Source: an uncultured candidatus Porisulfidus sp.
GTDB lineage: Bacteria; Pseudomonadota; Gammaproteobacteria; Poriferisulfidales; Oxydemutatoraceae
Reading direction: 5' to 3'
Assembly (NCBI GenBank): GCA_965215125.1
Contig: OZ244052.1
Span: 1,984,001 to 2,048,000, forward strand
Length of the DNA stretch: 64,000 bases
Position 1 is the first letter of the stretch. Every line of letters begins with the position of its first letter. The translations under genes were made by a program, and so were the position numbers. The notes below the pieces were generated by a model. It was not told where the DNA came from, made no database searches, and saw only the letters and a program-made list of their open reading frames with translations. Below, in pieces: positions 50,370 through 61,253 of the stretch.

Positions 50370-51606
50370 ATTGCTCCCTGTATGTTTTTAAGATCTTTAA
50401 TGCAACGATGTTGAGCATCAGTGTCGCCAAGAACAAAGTCAATCCCAAAGCAAAAGCAGCCAATGTTTTGGCACTGTCAAATTCGTGATCCCCGATGAGT
50501 AGAGAAACAATCTGTACGGTCACGGTGGTGGTACTGTCAAGCGGATTACCGGTCAATTTGGCGGACATGCCCGCCGCCATCACAACAATCATAGTCTCGC
50601 CGATTGCTCTAGAGACTGCCAATAAGATACCTCCCATAATACCCGGTATCGCTGCCGGTAGTACAACTTTGGTTATGGTTTCCGAATGTGTGGCACCGAG
50701 CGCGTACGAACTATCGCGCAAGGTTCTGGGCACGGCGTGTAAGGCGTCGTCGGTGAACGAGCATATAAACGGTATTAGCATGATTCCCATTGCCAACCCG
50801 GCGGCTAAAGCACTTTCCGACGAGGCTTCCAAGCCGAATGCCTCGGCGGTATTTTTAATGAAAGGGGAAAGCCATAAAACTGCGATGAAGCCGTAGACCA
50901 CGGTTGGTATGCCGGCTAAAATCTCAAGCAAAGGTTTGATGGAATTTCTGATATGCGAACCCGCATATTCGGCAAGAAAGATAGCCGACATCAAACCTAC
51001 AGGTAAGGCTAGTGTCATCGCCACTACGGTTATCAGCAAGGTGCCGGCGAATAATGGGATCGCACCGAAAGCACCCGAGGCACCGACTTGGTCTTCGCGT
51101 ATCGCAGTTTGCGGACTCCAGTGCAAACTGAAAAATTCACTAATCGGTACTAAATTAAAAAACTTAATAGATTCAAATAGTACCGACAACACGATACCTA
51201 TAGTGGTCAAGATGGCGATGGTAGAAGCGGAGATCAGTAGCCAGGTCAACATTTTTTCAATCGCTTTGCGCGTATTGTGTCTATTGTTAATGCACTGCCA
51301 TCCCCACATAGCACCTACGAGTAAGACACCGATACACAGAGTCATAAGCACCGGAAACGGACCTGTTTCTATGGCATCTTTGACGGTGGTAGGCAAATAA
51401 TCACCCCATAGAAACCATCCGACTAAGATAATCATCGGCGGCACGCTACTCCACAGTGCGGTATGCCACGCATAATAGACGGGTGCCGATTTAACAACGC
51501 GACTATCGTGACTTTGCAGTTGTATCGCTTTAGCGCGCCGTCCTGCAAAAAAATATATCAAAGTAGATAGCGATAGTAGAAGGATAGCTAGTTCTATATT
51601 ATTCAT
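50362..51606 (-). CDS. pstC: phosphate ABC transporter permease
   Basis: KPLLEILAGIPTVVYG, SRAIGETMIV; start taken at in-frame ATG 51606 (uncertain). Confidence 0.93.
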   Translation of the reverse strand: MNNIELAILLLSLSTLIYFFAGRRAKAIQLQSHDSRVVKSAPVYYAWHTALWSSVPPMIILVGWFLWGDYLPTTVKDAIETGPFPVLMTLCIGVLLVGAMWGWQCINNRHNTRKAIEKMLTWLLISASTIAILTTIGIVLSVLFESIKFFNLVPISEFFSLHWSPQTAIREDQVGASGAFGAIPLFAGTLLITVVAMTLALPVGLMSAIFLAEYAGSHIRNSIKPLLEILAGIPTVVYGFIAVLWLSPFIKNTAEAFGLEASSESALAAGLAMGIMLIPFICSFTDDALHAVPRTLRDSSYALGATHSETITKVVLPAAIPGIMGGILLAVSRAIGETMIVVMAAGMSAKLTGNPLDSTTTVTVQIVSLLIGDHEFDSAKTLAAFALGLTLFLATLMLNIVALKILKTYREQYE

Positions 51607-51720
51607 AACTATAAGATAGGTGATAGTCGGGTAATGGAAACCACTACTATAATCCATTGCCTATTATACAAAAAAACTGTTAAGCTAATTTTGTTCATTT
51701 AATAATTATGTGTCGGGTAT

Positions 51721-51738
51721 TTGACAAATGTGTGAAAA
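51721..51738 (-). promoter_or_regulatory. possible Pho box
   Basis: Minus strand TTTTCAC-ACAT-TTGTCAA, 11-bp spacing like the CTGTCAT repeats, between pstC and phoU; weak match. Confidence 0.3.
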
Positions 51739-51830
51739 TCCGAATTTTTTTACTAAAAATAGTCTTTTTGTTATGCTTATTGGCATATACTAATATCATT
51801 TAAGACCGATACTGAGAGCTTAATCTACCC

Positions 51831-52532
51831 ATGAATGATAATTTACCCGACCATAGTGTTGCTCAATTCGAAAAGGAAATAAACGATCTTAGGAGCTTGG
51901 TTTTACGCATGGCAGGGGCTGTGGAACAACGCGTTGTCGCAGTTGTGGAAGCTATGACCGAAAATAATTCCGTTCGGGCACAATGGGTTATAGATTCGGA
52001 TAACGAGATCAATAATCTGGAACGCGAAGTCGATGAAATGTGTGTAGGTATTATGGCACGTAGGCAACCCGTTGCGATTGATTTACGATTGGTGATTACC
52101 ACACTCAAGCTGACTACCGACCTTGAACGTATCGGAGACGAAACACAACGTATCGCAAAAGTAATCAGAAATTTAAATTTTGCGACTACGCCCGATCAAA
52201 TGAAACAGACATTCAAGGAATTAGGTACAAGAGTGACAAAGATGCTACACGATGTCATAGACAGTTTTGCACGCAACGATGTGGAACTCTCGGGTCGCAT
52301 TTTCAAACAGGATAAGTATGCCGACCAGCACTATAAAACTTTACTGGAAGACCAGCTTCCCGACTTTATAAACGATAATACGCATCATATTCCTTATGTA
52401 TTAGATCTGATTTGGTGTGCGCGTAGCCTGGAGCGTATCGGCGATCATTCAAAAAATGTAGCGGAACACGTTATCTATATGGTTGAAGCCACGGACGTGC
52501 GGCACCGTAAAGTATCGTCTCCGAGCGTATAA
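51831..52532 (+). CDS. phoU: phosphate signalling protein PhoU
   Basis: RQPVAIDLR, DLERIGD, LERIGDHSKNVAE, DVRH. Confidence 0.96.
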   Translation: MNDNLPDHSVAQFEKEINDLRSLVLRMAGAVEQRVVAVVEAMTENNSVRAQWVIDSDNEINNLEREVDEMCVGIMARRQPVAIDLRLVITTLKLTTDLERIGDETQRIAKVIRNLNFATTPDQMKQTFKELGTRVTKMLHDVIDSFARNDVELSGRIFKQDKYADQHYKTLLEDQLPDFINDNTHHIPYVLDLIWCARSLERIGDHSKNVAEHVIYMVEATDVRHRKVSSPSV

Positions 52533-52555
52533 TCCTTTTGCAGGGAAAAAATGTA

Positions 52556-52736
52556 GGGCTGTTGAAAAAGTATCCATGAACCGTAGGGGCGGATTTGCAT
52601 GTCTGCCCTTAGGGTGGCAGGCTGTGCCTGACGGGGTGGTTTATTCCCCTCCTTGTAGGGGCGGACTCGTATGTCCGCCCTTAGGGTGGCAGGCGCAATA
52701 GAACCGCCTATTGACCTACAAGTTCAATCGGCGGTT
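52556..52736. repeat. composite repeat between convergent phoU and argF
   Basis: MITE-type end, REPs at 52583-52609 and 52655-52681, CAGGC hairpin and TCAATCGG hairpin. Confidence 0.9.
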
Positions 52737-53632
52737 GACTCGGTCATTAATAATTCCAGCAATGCTTTTTGGGCGTGCAGTCGGTTGCCGGCTTCTTCCC
52801 AGACAACGCTTTGCGCTCCGTCTATGACTTCGGCATCGACTTCTTCGCCACGATGTGCGGGCAAGCAGTGCATGAATAACGCATCGGGTTTTGCATGCTT
52901 CATCAATTTTTCATTAACTTGATAATCCTTGAAGTCTTGCAGACGTTTTTGCCTTTCGGTTTCTTGTCCCATACTTGTCCAGACATCGGTTACCACTAAA
53001 TCGGCATCCTTGACGGCCACATAGGGGTCGTCGACTAGTCGTACCGGTGGTGCAATTTTTGGCAACTGTGCATCATTTATTCGGTAGCCTTCGGGACTTG
53101 CAATCGTCAATTGAAACCCCAGCAACGATGCAGCATTCATGTAGGAATAACAAACATTATTTCCGTCTCCTACCCATGCAACCGATCGTCCTTTGATGTC
53201 ACCGCGCTTTTCAAAATAAGTCAGCATATCGGCGAGTAGTTGGCACGGATGGCAGAGATCGGTCAAGCCGTTGATTACCGGTATGGTTGTGTGTTCGGCA
53301 AAACATTCTAGGTTTCGGTGTGCGGATGTCCGTATCATAACCGCATCGACCATTTGAGATAAGACTCGGGCACTGTCTGCTATGGTTTCACCGCGGCCCA
53401 ATTGAGTGTCTTTGCTGCTCAGGAATATTGCGTAGCCGCCGAGTTGTACCATTGCGGTTTCAAAAGAAACGCGCGTACGGGTGGAAGACTTTTCAAATAT
53501 CATCGCAAGTGTTTTATTTGCCAAAGATTTGGAATAAGGGGCTTTTTTGAGGGCTATGGCTTGGTTGAGTAGCGTTCTGAATTCATCGGCACTCAAGTCT
53601 TTGAGCGTTAAAAAATGTCTAGGCTTTTTCAT
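52724..53632 (-). CDS. argF: ornithine carbamoyltransferase
   Basis: SSTRTRVSFE, HPCQLLAD, WTSMGQE, HCLPAHRGEE. Confidence 0.97.
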   Translation of the reverse strand: MKKPRHFLTLKDLSADEFRTLLNQAIALKKAPYSKSLANKTLAMIFEKSSTRTRVSFETAMVQLGGYAIFLSSKDTQLGRGETIADSARVLSQMVDAVMIRTSAHRNLECFAEHTTIPVINGLTDLCHPCQLLADMLTYFEKRGDIKGRSVAWVGDGNNVCYSYMNAASLLGFQLTIASPEGYRINDAQLPKIAPPVRLVDDPYVAVKDADLVVTDVWTSMGQETERQKRLQDFKDYQVNEKLMKHAKPDALFMHCLPAHRGEEVDAEVIDGAQSVVWEEAGNRLHAQKALLELLMTESTAD

Positions 53633-54786
53633 AGTTTCTCCACATCTTTAATCGTCAACGATAAGCGTTTTATCGCTTCGTCCGCTTCCTCAGTTGTGAG
53701 TATCAAAGGAGGCAATAAGCGTATTACGTTTTCTGCAGTCAAGTTGATCAGCAAGCCATGAGCAAGTGCAATGCGCACTATCCCGGTGCAAGGTTGTGCG
53801 ATTTCTATACCGATCATCAAACCCATGCCGCGTATCTCGTAAATTTTATCCGAAACAAGTTTGCTTTTGAGTGCGTCGAGTAAATAAGCACCGATCTTTG
53901 CCGCTTTCTCGCATAAATCATTTTTCTCTATCGTATCTAAAACTGCAAGTGCTGCGCGGCACGCAAGTGGATTGCCTCCGAAAGTAGAACCGTGTAGACC
54001 GGGCTTGAATAACCGTGCAATTTCTTTTTTAGCTAAGCAAGCACCAATCGGGACACCGTTGCCGAGTGCTTTTGCAGTAGTGAGTATATCGGGTTTGATT
54101 GCGCTGTGCTGATAACAATACCAGTGTCCGGTTCTGCCTACGCCGCTTTGTACTTCGTCGAGTATCAACAGTAAATTATGTTTATCGCAAAGTTCACGCA
54201 CCGACTTTAAGTAATCGTTGGGGGCGATACGGATACCGCCTTCTCCTTGTATAGGTTCAAGCATCACCGCGGAAAGTTCGGGTTCCGTTTCAATCAATTT
54301 TTTCAAGCTATCGATGTCGGCATACGGGATTTGTGTGAAGCCCGAGAGCAACGGCGCATAACAAGTATCGTCGGGTTGCGTTGCACTCCATGCAGCTATC
54401 GTGCGTCCGTGGAACGCTTTTTCCATTACTGCGATCATCGGATTTTCCCGATGATGTTTGCGTGCGTGAAGGCGTACTAATTTGATAGCAGCCTCGTTTG
54501 CCTCACTGCCGGAATTACAAAAAAAGACCGAGTCCAAGCCACTTATGGAGATGAGCTTGGAGGCTAGTTTTTCTTGTAGATCTATTCGGTAAAGATTAGA
54601 GGTGTGGAGTAAGCGATTAGCTTGTTCACGAATGGCTTCACTGACGGCAGGATGGGCATGCCCTAAACTACATACTGCAATCCCCGAGATCATATCGAGA
54701 TAACGTTGTCCGTGATAATCCGATAACCAGCATCCCTTACCCTCGTTGAACATTACTTCTAATCGGTTATAGTTCGGCATCAACAT
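53629..54786 (-). CDS. argD: acetylornithine aminotransferase
   Basis: NSGSEANEAAIK, FHGRT, EPIQGEGG, DEVQSG, HGSTFGGNPL. Confidence 0.94.
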   Translation of the reverse strand: MLMPNYNRLEVMFNEGKGCWLSDYHGQRYLDMISGIAVCSLGHAHPAVSEAIREQANRLLHTSNLYRIDLQEKLASKLISISGLDSVFFCNSGSEANEAAIKLVRLHARKHHRENPMIAVMEKAFHGRTIAAWSATQPDDTCYAPLLSGFTQIPYADIDSLKKLIETEPELSAVMLEPIQGEGGIRIAPNDYLKSVRELCDKHNLLLILDEVQSGVGRTGHWYCYQHSAIKPDILTTAKALGNGVPIGACLAKKEIARLFKPGLHGSTFGGNPLACRAALAVLDTIEKNDLCEKAAKIGAYLLDALKSKLVSDKIYEIRGMGLMIGIEIAQPCTGIVRIALAHGLLINLTAENVIRLLPPLILTTEEADEAIKRLSLTIKDVEKL

Positions 54787-54808
54787 CGTGTTATGCAGTC
54801 CAATTAGA

Positions 54809-56488
54809 TTATAAGCACCCCATGGCTTTAATTCTATCGTATATCTCGTTAGTCAAATTCTCGGCAGTAGTGGTGCTGGTGTCTAGAGTCATCTCCGGAT
54901 TTTTAGGTACTTCGTAAGGGTCGTTAATGCCGGTGAAAGATTGGGTTAAATTATGACGTGCCCGCAAATAAAAACCTTTGATATCTCTATGTTCGCAGAC
55001 TTCCAATGGCGTACTCAGATAAATCTCTATATAGATGCCGTACTGAGAGATTAGCCTTCGGTTTTCCATGCGATCGGCTTCGTACGGCGCAATCGGTGCG
55101 CAAATTGCAATGCCGCCGTTTTTAGTGATCTCGCTGGCAACATAGCCTATACGCCGTACATTGATTGAACGGTGTTCTTTAGAAAAACCGAGCTCGCTCG
55201 ATAAGTTTGTGCGTACTATATCGCCGTCCAACAAAGTGACCCTGCGTTTACCGTGTTCTACCAACTTAACCATCAGCATTTTGGCCAGCGTGGTTTTGCC
55301 GGAACCCGACAAACCGGTAAAGAATATCGTGAAACCTCTATCTTTTAAGGGAGGATAAATTTCTTTTAGATATTTTGCGATGGTAGGCATAGTAAACCAA
55401 TCGGGTAATTTTTCTCCCTTTATCAGCATTTCTCGCATTTGTGTGCCGGAGATGGATAATAACTCCTCACCTTGCTTTTTGTCCTGTAGAAAAACATATT
55501 TCTTACGCGAAGGGCTATACGCCATTTCTTCAAATAATATCGGCTTAATACCAATTTCGTCACCATGCTTATTGAGTAAATCGTGGGCTTCTAAAGGTGA
55601 GTAAAAGTTTTTTCCTGCCGAGTCTTTGCCCGGTCCGGCGTGGTCGCGTCCTACTATGAAGTGAGTGCAACCGTAATTCTTACGAATCAATGCATGCCAT
55701 AATGCCTCTCTAGGTCCTGCCATGCGCATCGCCAACGGCAATAGCGATAGCATCGCGGTATTTTGGGGGTATTGACGCAATGCTGCGCGGTAGCATTTCA
55801 TACGCGTGTAATAATCTACATCGCCCGGTTTGCTAATACCTGCAATCGGGTGTATCAATAAGTACGCATGCTCTTTTTTTAATGCCTCTTTGGTCAATTC
55901 TATATGTACCCGATGCAAAGGGTTACGTGTCTGAAAAGCAATAACCTTTTCCCATTTTTTCCTTTTGAATATTGCCCGTAATGCTTTGGGTGTATGCCGA
56001 TATTTCACATAATCTATATGTCGGGGCAATTCAATCGCCTGCAACGGACCGCTAATATAAACGGGATTGGTAGACTGGAAAAGATAAGAGACTGCCGGGT
56101 GTTTTGGGTCTTGAGTGCCGAAAGTTTTTTCTGCTTCTGCTTGCAAGTCCGGTTTCCAAATTTCCTGCACTTCTATAATCGCAACCGCAAAGTGTTCCGG
56201 GTCGCGCAAGGCAATTTGGTCTCCGGTATTTAATGATTCGGCAAAGGACTCCGGAATATCAAGTGTAATAGGCATCGGCCAAAGCTGCCCATCTGCAAGG
56301 CGCATGTCGTTGACCACGCTTTCGTAGTCGGCTTGGCATAAAAAACCATGCAAGGGGTCAAATGCGCCGTTGAGCAATAATTCAATATCGCAAGTTTGTC
56401 GTGCGCTTAATTGCCAATACGGCAGGTGAAAAGCTTTTTCTATCGCTTCGTCCAGTTTTTTGGAAGATAATATCGCAGGAGAGCTCAT
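54809..56488 (-). CDS. bifunctional sulfate adenylyltransferase / adenylylsulfate kinase (Sat-CysC fusion)
   Basis: FQTRNPLH, MAGPREA, VGRDHAG, then TGLSGSGKT, LDGDIVR, FTGINDPYE. Confidence 0.94.
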   Translation of the reverse strand: MSSPAILSSKKLDEAIEKAFHLPYWQLSARQTCDIELLLNGAFDPLHGFLCQADYESVVNDMRLADGQLWPMPITLDIPESFAESLNTGDQIALRDPEHFAVAIIEVQEIWKPDLQAEAEKTFGTQDPKHPAVSYLFQSTNPVYISGPLQAIELPRHIDYVKYRHTPKALRAIFKRKKWEKVIAFQTRNPLHRVHIELTKEALKKEHAYLLIHPIAGISKPGDVDYYTRMKCYRAALRQYPQNTAMLSLLPLAMRMAGPREALWHALIRKNYGCTHFIVGRDHAGPGKDSAGKNFYSPLEAHDLLNKHGDEIGIKPILFEEMAYSPSRKKYVFLQDKKQGEELLSISGTQMREMLIKGEKLPDWFTMPTIAKYLKEIYPPLKDRGFTIFFTGLSGSGKTTLAKMLMVKLVEHGKRRVTLLDGDIVRTNLSSELGFSKEHRSINVRRIGYVASEITKNGGIAICAPIAPYEADRMENRRLISQYGIYIEIYLSTPLEVCEHRDIKGFYLRARHNLTQSFTGINDPYEVPKNPEMTLDTSTTTAENLTNEIYDRIKAMGCL

Positions 56489-56636
56489 CCGAGTGTAATT
56501 TTCGTTTAGTGTCTAATAAGGCATTAATATCGGAAATAAAGGGCATATCATATTCTAATCTTGTGCAATGAGCAAGTAACTTATTCAAATTTATGAGTAC
56601 CAGCTAAGGTTTATCTTCTCATGCGGTTGCAGAGTT

Positions 56637-56894
56637 GGGACTGTTGAAAAAGTGCAGACATTGCACAAATTCAACCCCTGTGCGCCACATAATTATCCAA
56701 ACCCACCTGTAGGGGCAGTATAAAGCCGCCGATTGAGCCGGTAGGCCAATCGGCAACTCTGATGTCTGCTTTTAAGTACCGTTCTGCACAACACCAACTG
56801 CCCTACGCCAACAAATAATGGTTTCCGTAAATTGGATGAATATATAAATCATGCAGATACGACACAACCACCCCGTCAGGCGCAGCCTACGGGG
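56637..56894. repeat. MITE-like composite repeat upstream of sdhC
   Basis: gggactgttgaaaaagtgcagacat start nearly identical to 14159-14238; REP loop occupied by a CCGATTGA hairpin. Confidence 0.85.
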
Positions 56895-57013
56895 TAATTG
56901 CAGATGCCACCGCATATAATTAAGCATAGATGCCACTAAAAGTAGAAAGTTTGAAGGGCATATACCTTAGAGGCTTTGCATAAGATAGAGTTACCTTATA
57001 TAATTATTCCTCT

Positions 57014-57397
57014 ATGCAAGATTCATCCAGACCTCTGTCTCCTCATTTGCAAGTTTACAGGCTTCCTGTAACTGCGATATTATCTATAATGCACCGAATG
57101 ACAGGTGTTGTTCTGTCTTTAGGATTAGTGTTATTAGTCGTTGTCTTGGCGACTGCGGCATGGCATCGTGAAACTTACGAGGTTTTGAGAACCCTGTTGT
57201 CGCATTGGTTGGGGCAATTGTTTTTAATTGCGTGGATTGCAGCCTTGTATCTGCATTTGTGCAATGGTATACGGCATCTTTTTTGGGATGCAGGCATGGG
57301 CTTTGACTTGAGGAGAACAAATCAAACAGCTTATTTAACAGTTGCAGGTACTGCGATTTTGACTGCAGCGACTTGGTTGTTGGCATACTTACTATAG
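57014..57397 (+). CDS. sdhC: succinate dehydrogenase cytochrome b556 subunit
   Basis: RPLSPHLQVY, SIMHRMTG, NGIRHLFWD. Confidence 0.96.
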   Translation: MQDSSRPLSPHLQVYRLPVTAILSIMHRMTGVVLSLGLVLLVVVLATAAWHRETYEVLRTLLSHWLGQLFLIAWIAALYLHLCNGIRHLFWDAGMGFDLRRTNQTAYLTVAGTAILTAATWLLAYLL

Positions 57398-57407
57398 GAA
57401 TAATCTA

Positions 57408-57782
57408 ATGAATTTAAGAACACCTTTATCTCGTGCTAAAGGACTCGGTTCGGCTAAAGAAGGTGTAGGGCATTGGTGGATGCAACGCGTCAGTTCGCTA
57501 TTTCTAATACCGCTCGTAATATGGGGCGCGTTTATGATGGCAACCCTCGGCGACTACGACCATTATCACTTTACGAAGTGGCTTGCCGAACCACTCAATG
57601 CGATTTTGATGATAACTTTACTCGTCGTCGTGTGCTATCATGCAGCATTGGGGTTGCAAGTCATCATAGAAGATTATGTGCATCTCACTGCAGTTAAAAT
57701 CATAAGCATCGTAGCGGTTTATCTGCTTTCGTTTTTCTTGGCTTTGACCGGAGTATTCGCAATCCTTAAAATTACATTTTGA
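57408..57782 (+). CDS. sdhD: succinate dehydrogenase membrane anchor
   Basis: [25 protein letters not shown]. Confidence 0.95.
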   Translation: MNLRTPLSRAKGLGSAKEGVGHWWMQRVSSLFLIPLVIWGAFMMATLGDYDHYHFTKWLAEPLNAILMITLLVVVCYHAALGLQVIIEDYVHLTAVKIISIVAVYLLSFFLALTGVFAILKITF

Positions 57783-57783
57783 T

Positions 57784-59580
57784 ATGTCGTCTAAAGCATA
57801 CCGGATAGAAGAACATACACACGAGGTTATAGTCATCGGTGCCGGTGGCTCGGGCCTGCGAGCAACTTTCGGTATTGCCGAACAAGGTTTCAAGACTGCG
57901 TGTTTAACCAAAGTATTTCCGACGCGTAGCCATACGGTTGCCGCACAAGGCGGTATTAGTGCGGCACTCGCCAACATGGGAGAAGACGACTGGCGTTGGC
58001 ACATGTACGACACGATTAAAGGTTCCGATTGGCTGGGAGATCAAGATGCTATCGAGTATATGTGCAAAGAAGCCGCCGATTCGATTATAGAGCTTGAACA
58101 CTACGGCGTACCGTTCTCTAGGACCTCCGACGGGCGTATTTATCAGCGTCCTTTCGGTGGTATGACTACGCATTACGGTGAAGGTGTTGCACAGCGTACT
58201 TGTGCGGCAGCCGACCGCACCGGCCATGCTATTTTGCATACCCTGTATCAGCAATCACTTAAACACGATGCCGAGTTTTTTATAGAGTATTTCGCTATTG
58301 ATTTATTGATGAGCGAAGACGGGGCGTGTTGCGGTGTAATCGCTTGGAATTTGGCAACCGGAAAATTACATGTATTTCATGCGCATATCGTCATACTGGC
58401 AACCGGTGGCTATGGGCGAGTCTATTTTTCGTGTACCTCCGCACATACCTGCACCGGGGACGGTGGTGCGATGGTGTTGCGTTGTGGACTAGCACTACAA
58501 GACATGGAGTTTGTGCAATTTCATCCGACCGGTATATACGGTGCGGGTTGTTTGATTACCGAGGGTGTGCGCGGAGAAGGTGGTTATTTGACTAATGCTT
58601 TAGGCGAACGTTTTATGGAACGCTATGCGCCGAATGCCAAAGACTTGGCATCTCGCGATGTGGTGAGCCGCTCTATGTCTATGGAAATCAAAGAAGGGCG
58701 CGGCGTGGGATCCGACAAAGACCATATACATTTACATTTGGAACATTTGGGTCCCGAGGTGATACAAGAACGTCTGCCGGGCATCGCCGAATCGGCACGT
58801 ATTTTCGCCGGTATCGATGTCACACGCGAACCCATACCGGTGTTGCCTACCGTGCATTACAACATGGGTGGTATTCCTACCAACTATATGGGCGAAGTGC
58901 TGAAACTAGAAGACGGCAATCCGGACTATGTGGTACCGGGCTTGATGGCAATAGGCGAGGCTGCGTGTGTATCGGTGCACGGTGCTAATCGCTTGGGATC
59001 TAATTCCCTGCTCGATCTGATAGTATTCGGACGCGCTGCTGCGAAGCGGGCTACCGAATTGTTGTCGGCTTATCGCGGTCGTTCGGTACGGCGTGCCCCC
59101 GAGCAAGCCATTGACCGAGTCTTAAGCCGCTTTGACTATCTACGCAATGCCAACGGCGAATATGCGACTGCGGCACTACGCTTGGATATGCAAAAGACGA
59201 TGCAGCAATACGCAGCGGTATTTAGAACCGGAGAGAGCTTGCAAGAAGGCACCGATAAAATGAAAGTGCTTCATAGTCGGCTTGATGCACTGTGCGTAAG
59301 CGATCGTTCTATGATTTGGAATACCGATTTGGTAGAAACCTTGGAATTGACCAATTTATTACCGCAAGCCTTATGCACGATTACCTCGGCATTGAATCGA
59401 GAAGAAAGCCGAGGTGCGCATGCGCGTGATGATTTCCCCGAACGCAACGACGAGAAATGGTGGAAGCATACGCTGATTTATTGCGATGAGCAAGATACCC
59501 GCATAGACTATAGGCCGGTTCATACCCAACCGATGACCGACGAAGTAGAAGCGGTGCCGTTACAAGAACGCGTATATTAA
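57784..59580 (+). CDS. sdhA: succinate dehydrogenase flavoprotein
   Basis: [39 protein letters not shown]. Confidence 0.98.
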   Translation: MSSKAYRIEEHTHEVIVIGAGGSGLRATFGIAEQGFKTACLTKVFPTRSHTVAAQGGISAALANMGEDDWRWHMYDTIKGSDWLGDQDAIEYMCKEAADSIIELEHYGVPFSRTSDGRIYQRPFGGMTTHYGEGVAQRTCAAADRTGHAILHTLYQQSLKHDAEFFIEYFAIDLLMSEDGACCGVIAWNLATGKLHVFHAHIVILATGGYGRVYFSCTSAHTCTGDGGAMVLRCGLALQDMEFVQFHPTGIYGAGCLITEGVRGEGGYLTNALGERFMERYAPNAKDLASRDVVSRSMSMEIKEGRGVGSDKDHIHLHLEHLGPEVIQERLPGIAESARIFAGIDVTREPIPVLPTVHYNMGGIPTNYMGEVLKLEDGNPDYVVPGLMAIGEAACVSVHGANRLGSNSLLDLIVFGRAAAKRATELLSAYRGRSVRRAPEQAIDRVLSRFDYLRNANGEYATAALRLDMQKTMQQYAAVFRTGESLQEGTDKMKVLHSRLDALCVSDRSMIWNTDLVETLELTNLLPQALCTITSALNREESRGAHARDDFPERNDEKWWKHTLIYCDEQDTRIDYRPVHTQPMTDEVEAVPLQERVY

Positions 59581-59634
59581 TGTGCAGAGAAGTATTAATG
59601 TATATCAACGGATGTAAAGACATGAGGGAGAACT

Positions 59635-60411
59635 ATGGCAGAGTTTAGATTACCGGCGAATTCTATAGTCAAAAAAGGCAATCACTATCCAGCTTCGGAT
59701 AAAAGCGAGAATACGCAACGTTTCATCGTTTATCGCTACGATCCTGATTGCGATGAAAATCCGCGTACCGACACCTACGATGTGAATATAGAGCAATGCC
59801 CTATGGTGCTGGATGCACTGATCAAGATCAAAAACGAAATAGATCCGACATTGACTTTCAGACGTTCGTGCCGTGAAGGTATTTGTGGTTCGTGTTCAAT
59901 GAACATAGCAGGACGCAACACTCTGGCGTGCATCAAACCTTTGGGCGAACTCGAAGGTGATATCAACATATATCCTTTGCCGCACCTGCCGGTGATTAAG
60001 GATTTGGTGCCCGACCTAGATAACTTTTATGCACAATACGCCTCTATCAAACCATGGATCAGAACTCAAACCCCGGCACCCGATAAAGAACGATTACAGT
60101 CGGTAGAAGATAGAGAAAAAATTCAAGGCTTGGAGGAGTGTATTTTGTGCGCCTGTTGCTCTACAAGTTGTCCCAGTTACTGGTGGAATTCCGATCGTTA
60201 TTTAGGACCTGCCACTTTATTGCAGGCATACCGATGGATTGTCGATAGTCGCGACGAAGCAACCGGTGAACGCTTGGATGAATTGGAAGATCCTTTTAAG
60301 CTATTTCGTTGTCATACCATCATGAACTGCGCAGATACTTGTCCCAAAGGACTCAATCCCGCTAAAGCAATTGCCGAAATTAAGAAATTATTGCTCGCTC
60401 GCCGCTATTGA
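59635..60411 (+). CDS. sdhB: succinate dehydrogenase iron-sulfur subunit
   Basis: [33 protein letters not shown]. Confidence 0.98.
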   Translation: MAEFRLPANSIVKKGNHYPASDKSENTQRFIVYRYDPDCDENPRTDTYDVNIEQCPMVLDALIKIKNEIDPTLTFRRSCREGICGSCSMNIAGRNTLACIKPLGELEGDINIYPLPHLPVIKDLVPDLDNFYAQYASIKPWIRTQTPAPDKERLQSVEDREKIQGLEECILCACCSTSCPSYWWNSDRYLGPATLLQAYRWIVDSRDEATGERLDELEDPFKLFRCHTIMNCADTCPKGLNPAKAIAEIKKLLLARRY

Positions 60412-60586
60412 TAAAAAAACGCAAAGAAATTTATCGGACTCTCCGTATAGATTTCCGAAGAGCCGTAGGGGAGTTATTGAATCGCCGTTTGCTGCAGTTG
60501 TACGAACGACGATGCCGTTCATACCCTTTTTTTATACCGTTCAAGATTTTCAATCTTGCATGACTTAGGTTTGAGTTATTATTGCT

Positions 60587-60832
60587 ATGAATGCCGAGAA
60601 AAAGCAACTCTATTGGATGTGTCGCCGCGGCACCAAAGAATTGGATGAATTAACACTACGCTACTTAAACGAATACTATGATCAAGCAAGTCGGGAACAT
60701 CGCCGAGCATTTAAGTCTATGCTACAACTATCCGACCCCGAGCTATACCAAATCCTCATCGGCGCGCAACCTTGCGATAACCGCGTGATAAATGAAATCA
60801 CAAAATGTATACGCCGAGAGTCTGTGGATTGA
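60587..60832 (+). CDS. sdhE: FAD assembly factor SdhE
   Basis: LYWMCRRGTKELD, DPEL. Confidence 0.9.
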   Translation: MNAEKKQLYWMCRRGTKELDELTLRYLNEYYDQASREHRRAFKSMLQLSDPELYQILIGAQPCDNRVINEITKCIRRESVD

Positions 60833-61253
60833 ACTACGTCCTTCTCGCATCGCACAAATACTCAAACTCGTATTCTATGTCTTAATCCTTGCATCTATAG
60901 CAACATGGTCGCTTCCATTAATTTGGAAATCGCTTGCCGGTCTATTTGTTATAGCTTGCTATGTATTAGACCATTTCGAGAACTGTATTGGGACTTTAGT
61001 TCGAAAAAAATACACCGATATTAAGGCAGTTGTACTGTCTTCCGATAAAGGTATAACTGCAACCCGATGTGGTTCGCAAGTTCGCGAAGTCCGATCTTTT
61101 AGGATAGAACATATACTATGCTACTATATCCAATTATATTTATGTTATGAGAACGGAAGTTATCAACGGCTTTACATTTTTCCCGATTCAATGGACGAAA
61201 GGGCTTTTCATAAATTCCGTTGCATGGGAGTACGTAATAAGGCTACAAAATGA
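60792..61253 (+). CDS. YgfX-like membrane protein
   Basis: ELRPSR, two TM segments, C-terminal IFPDSM...F; follows sdhE as ygfX does. Confidence 0.55.
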   Translation: MKSQNVYAESLWIELRPSRIAQILKLVFYVLILASIATWSLPLIWKSLAGLFVIACYVLDHFENCIGTLVRKKYTDIKAVVLSSDKGITATRCGSQVREVRSFRIEHILCYYIQLYLCYENGSYQRLYIFPDSMDERAFHKFRCMGVRNKATK

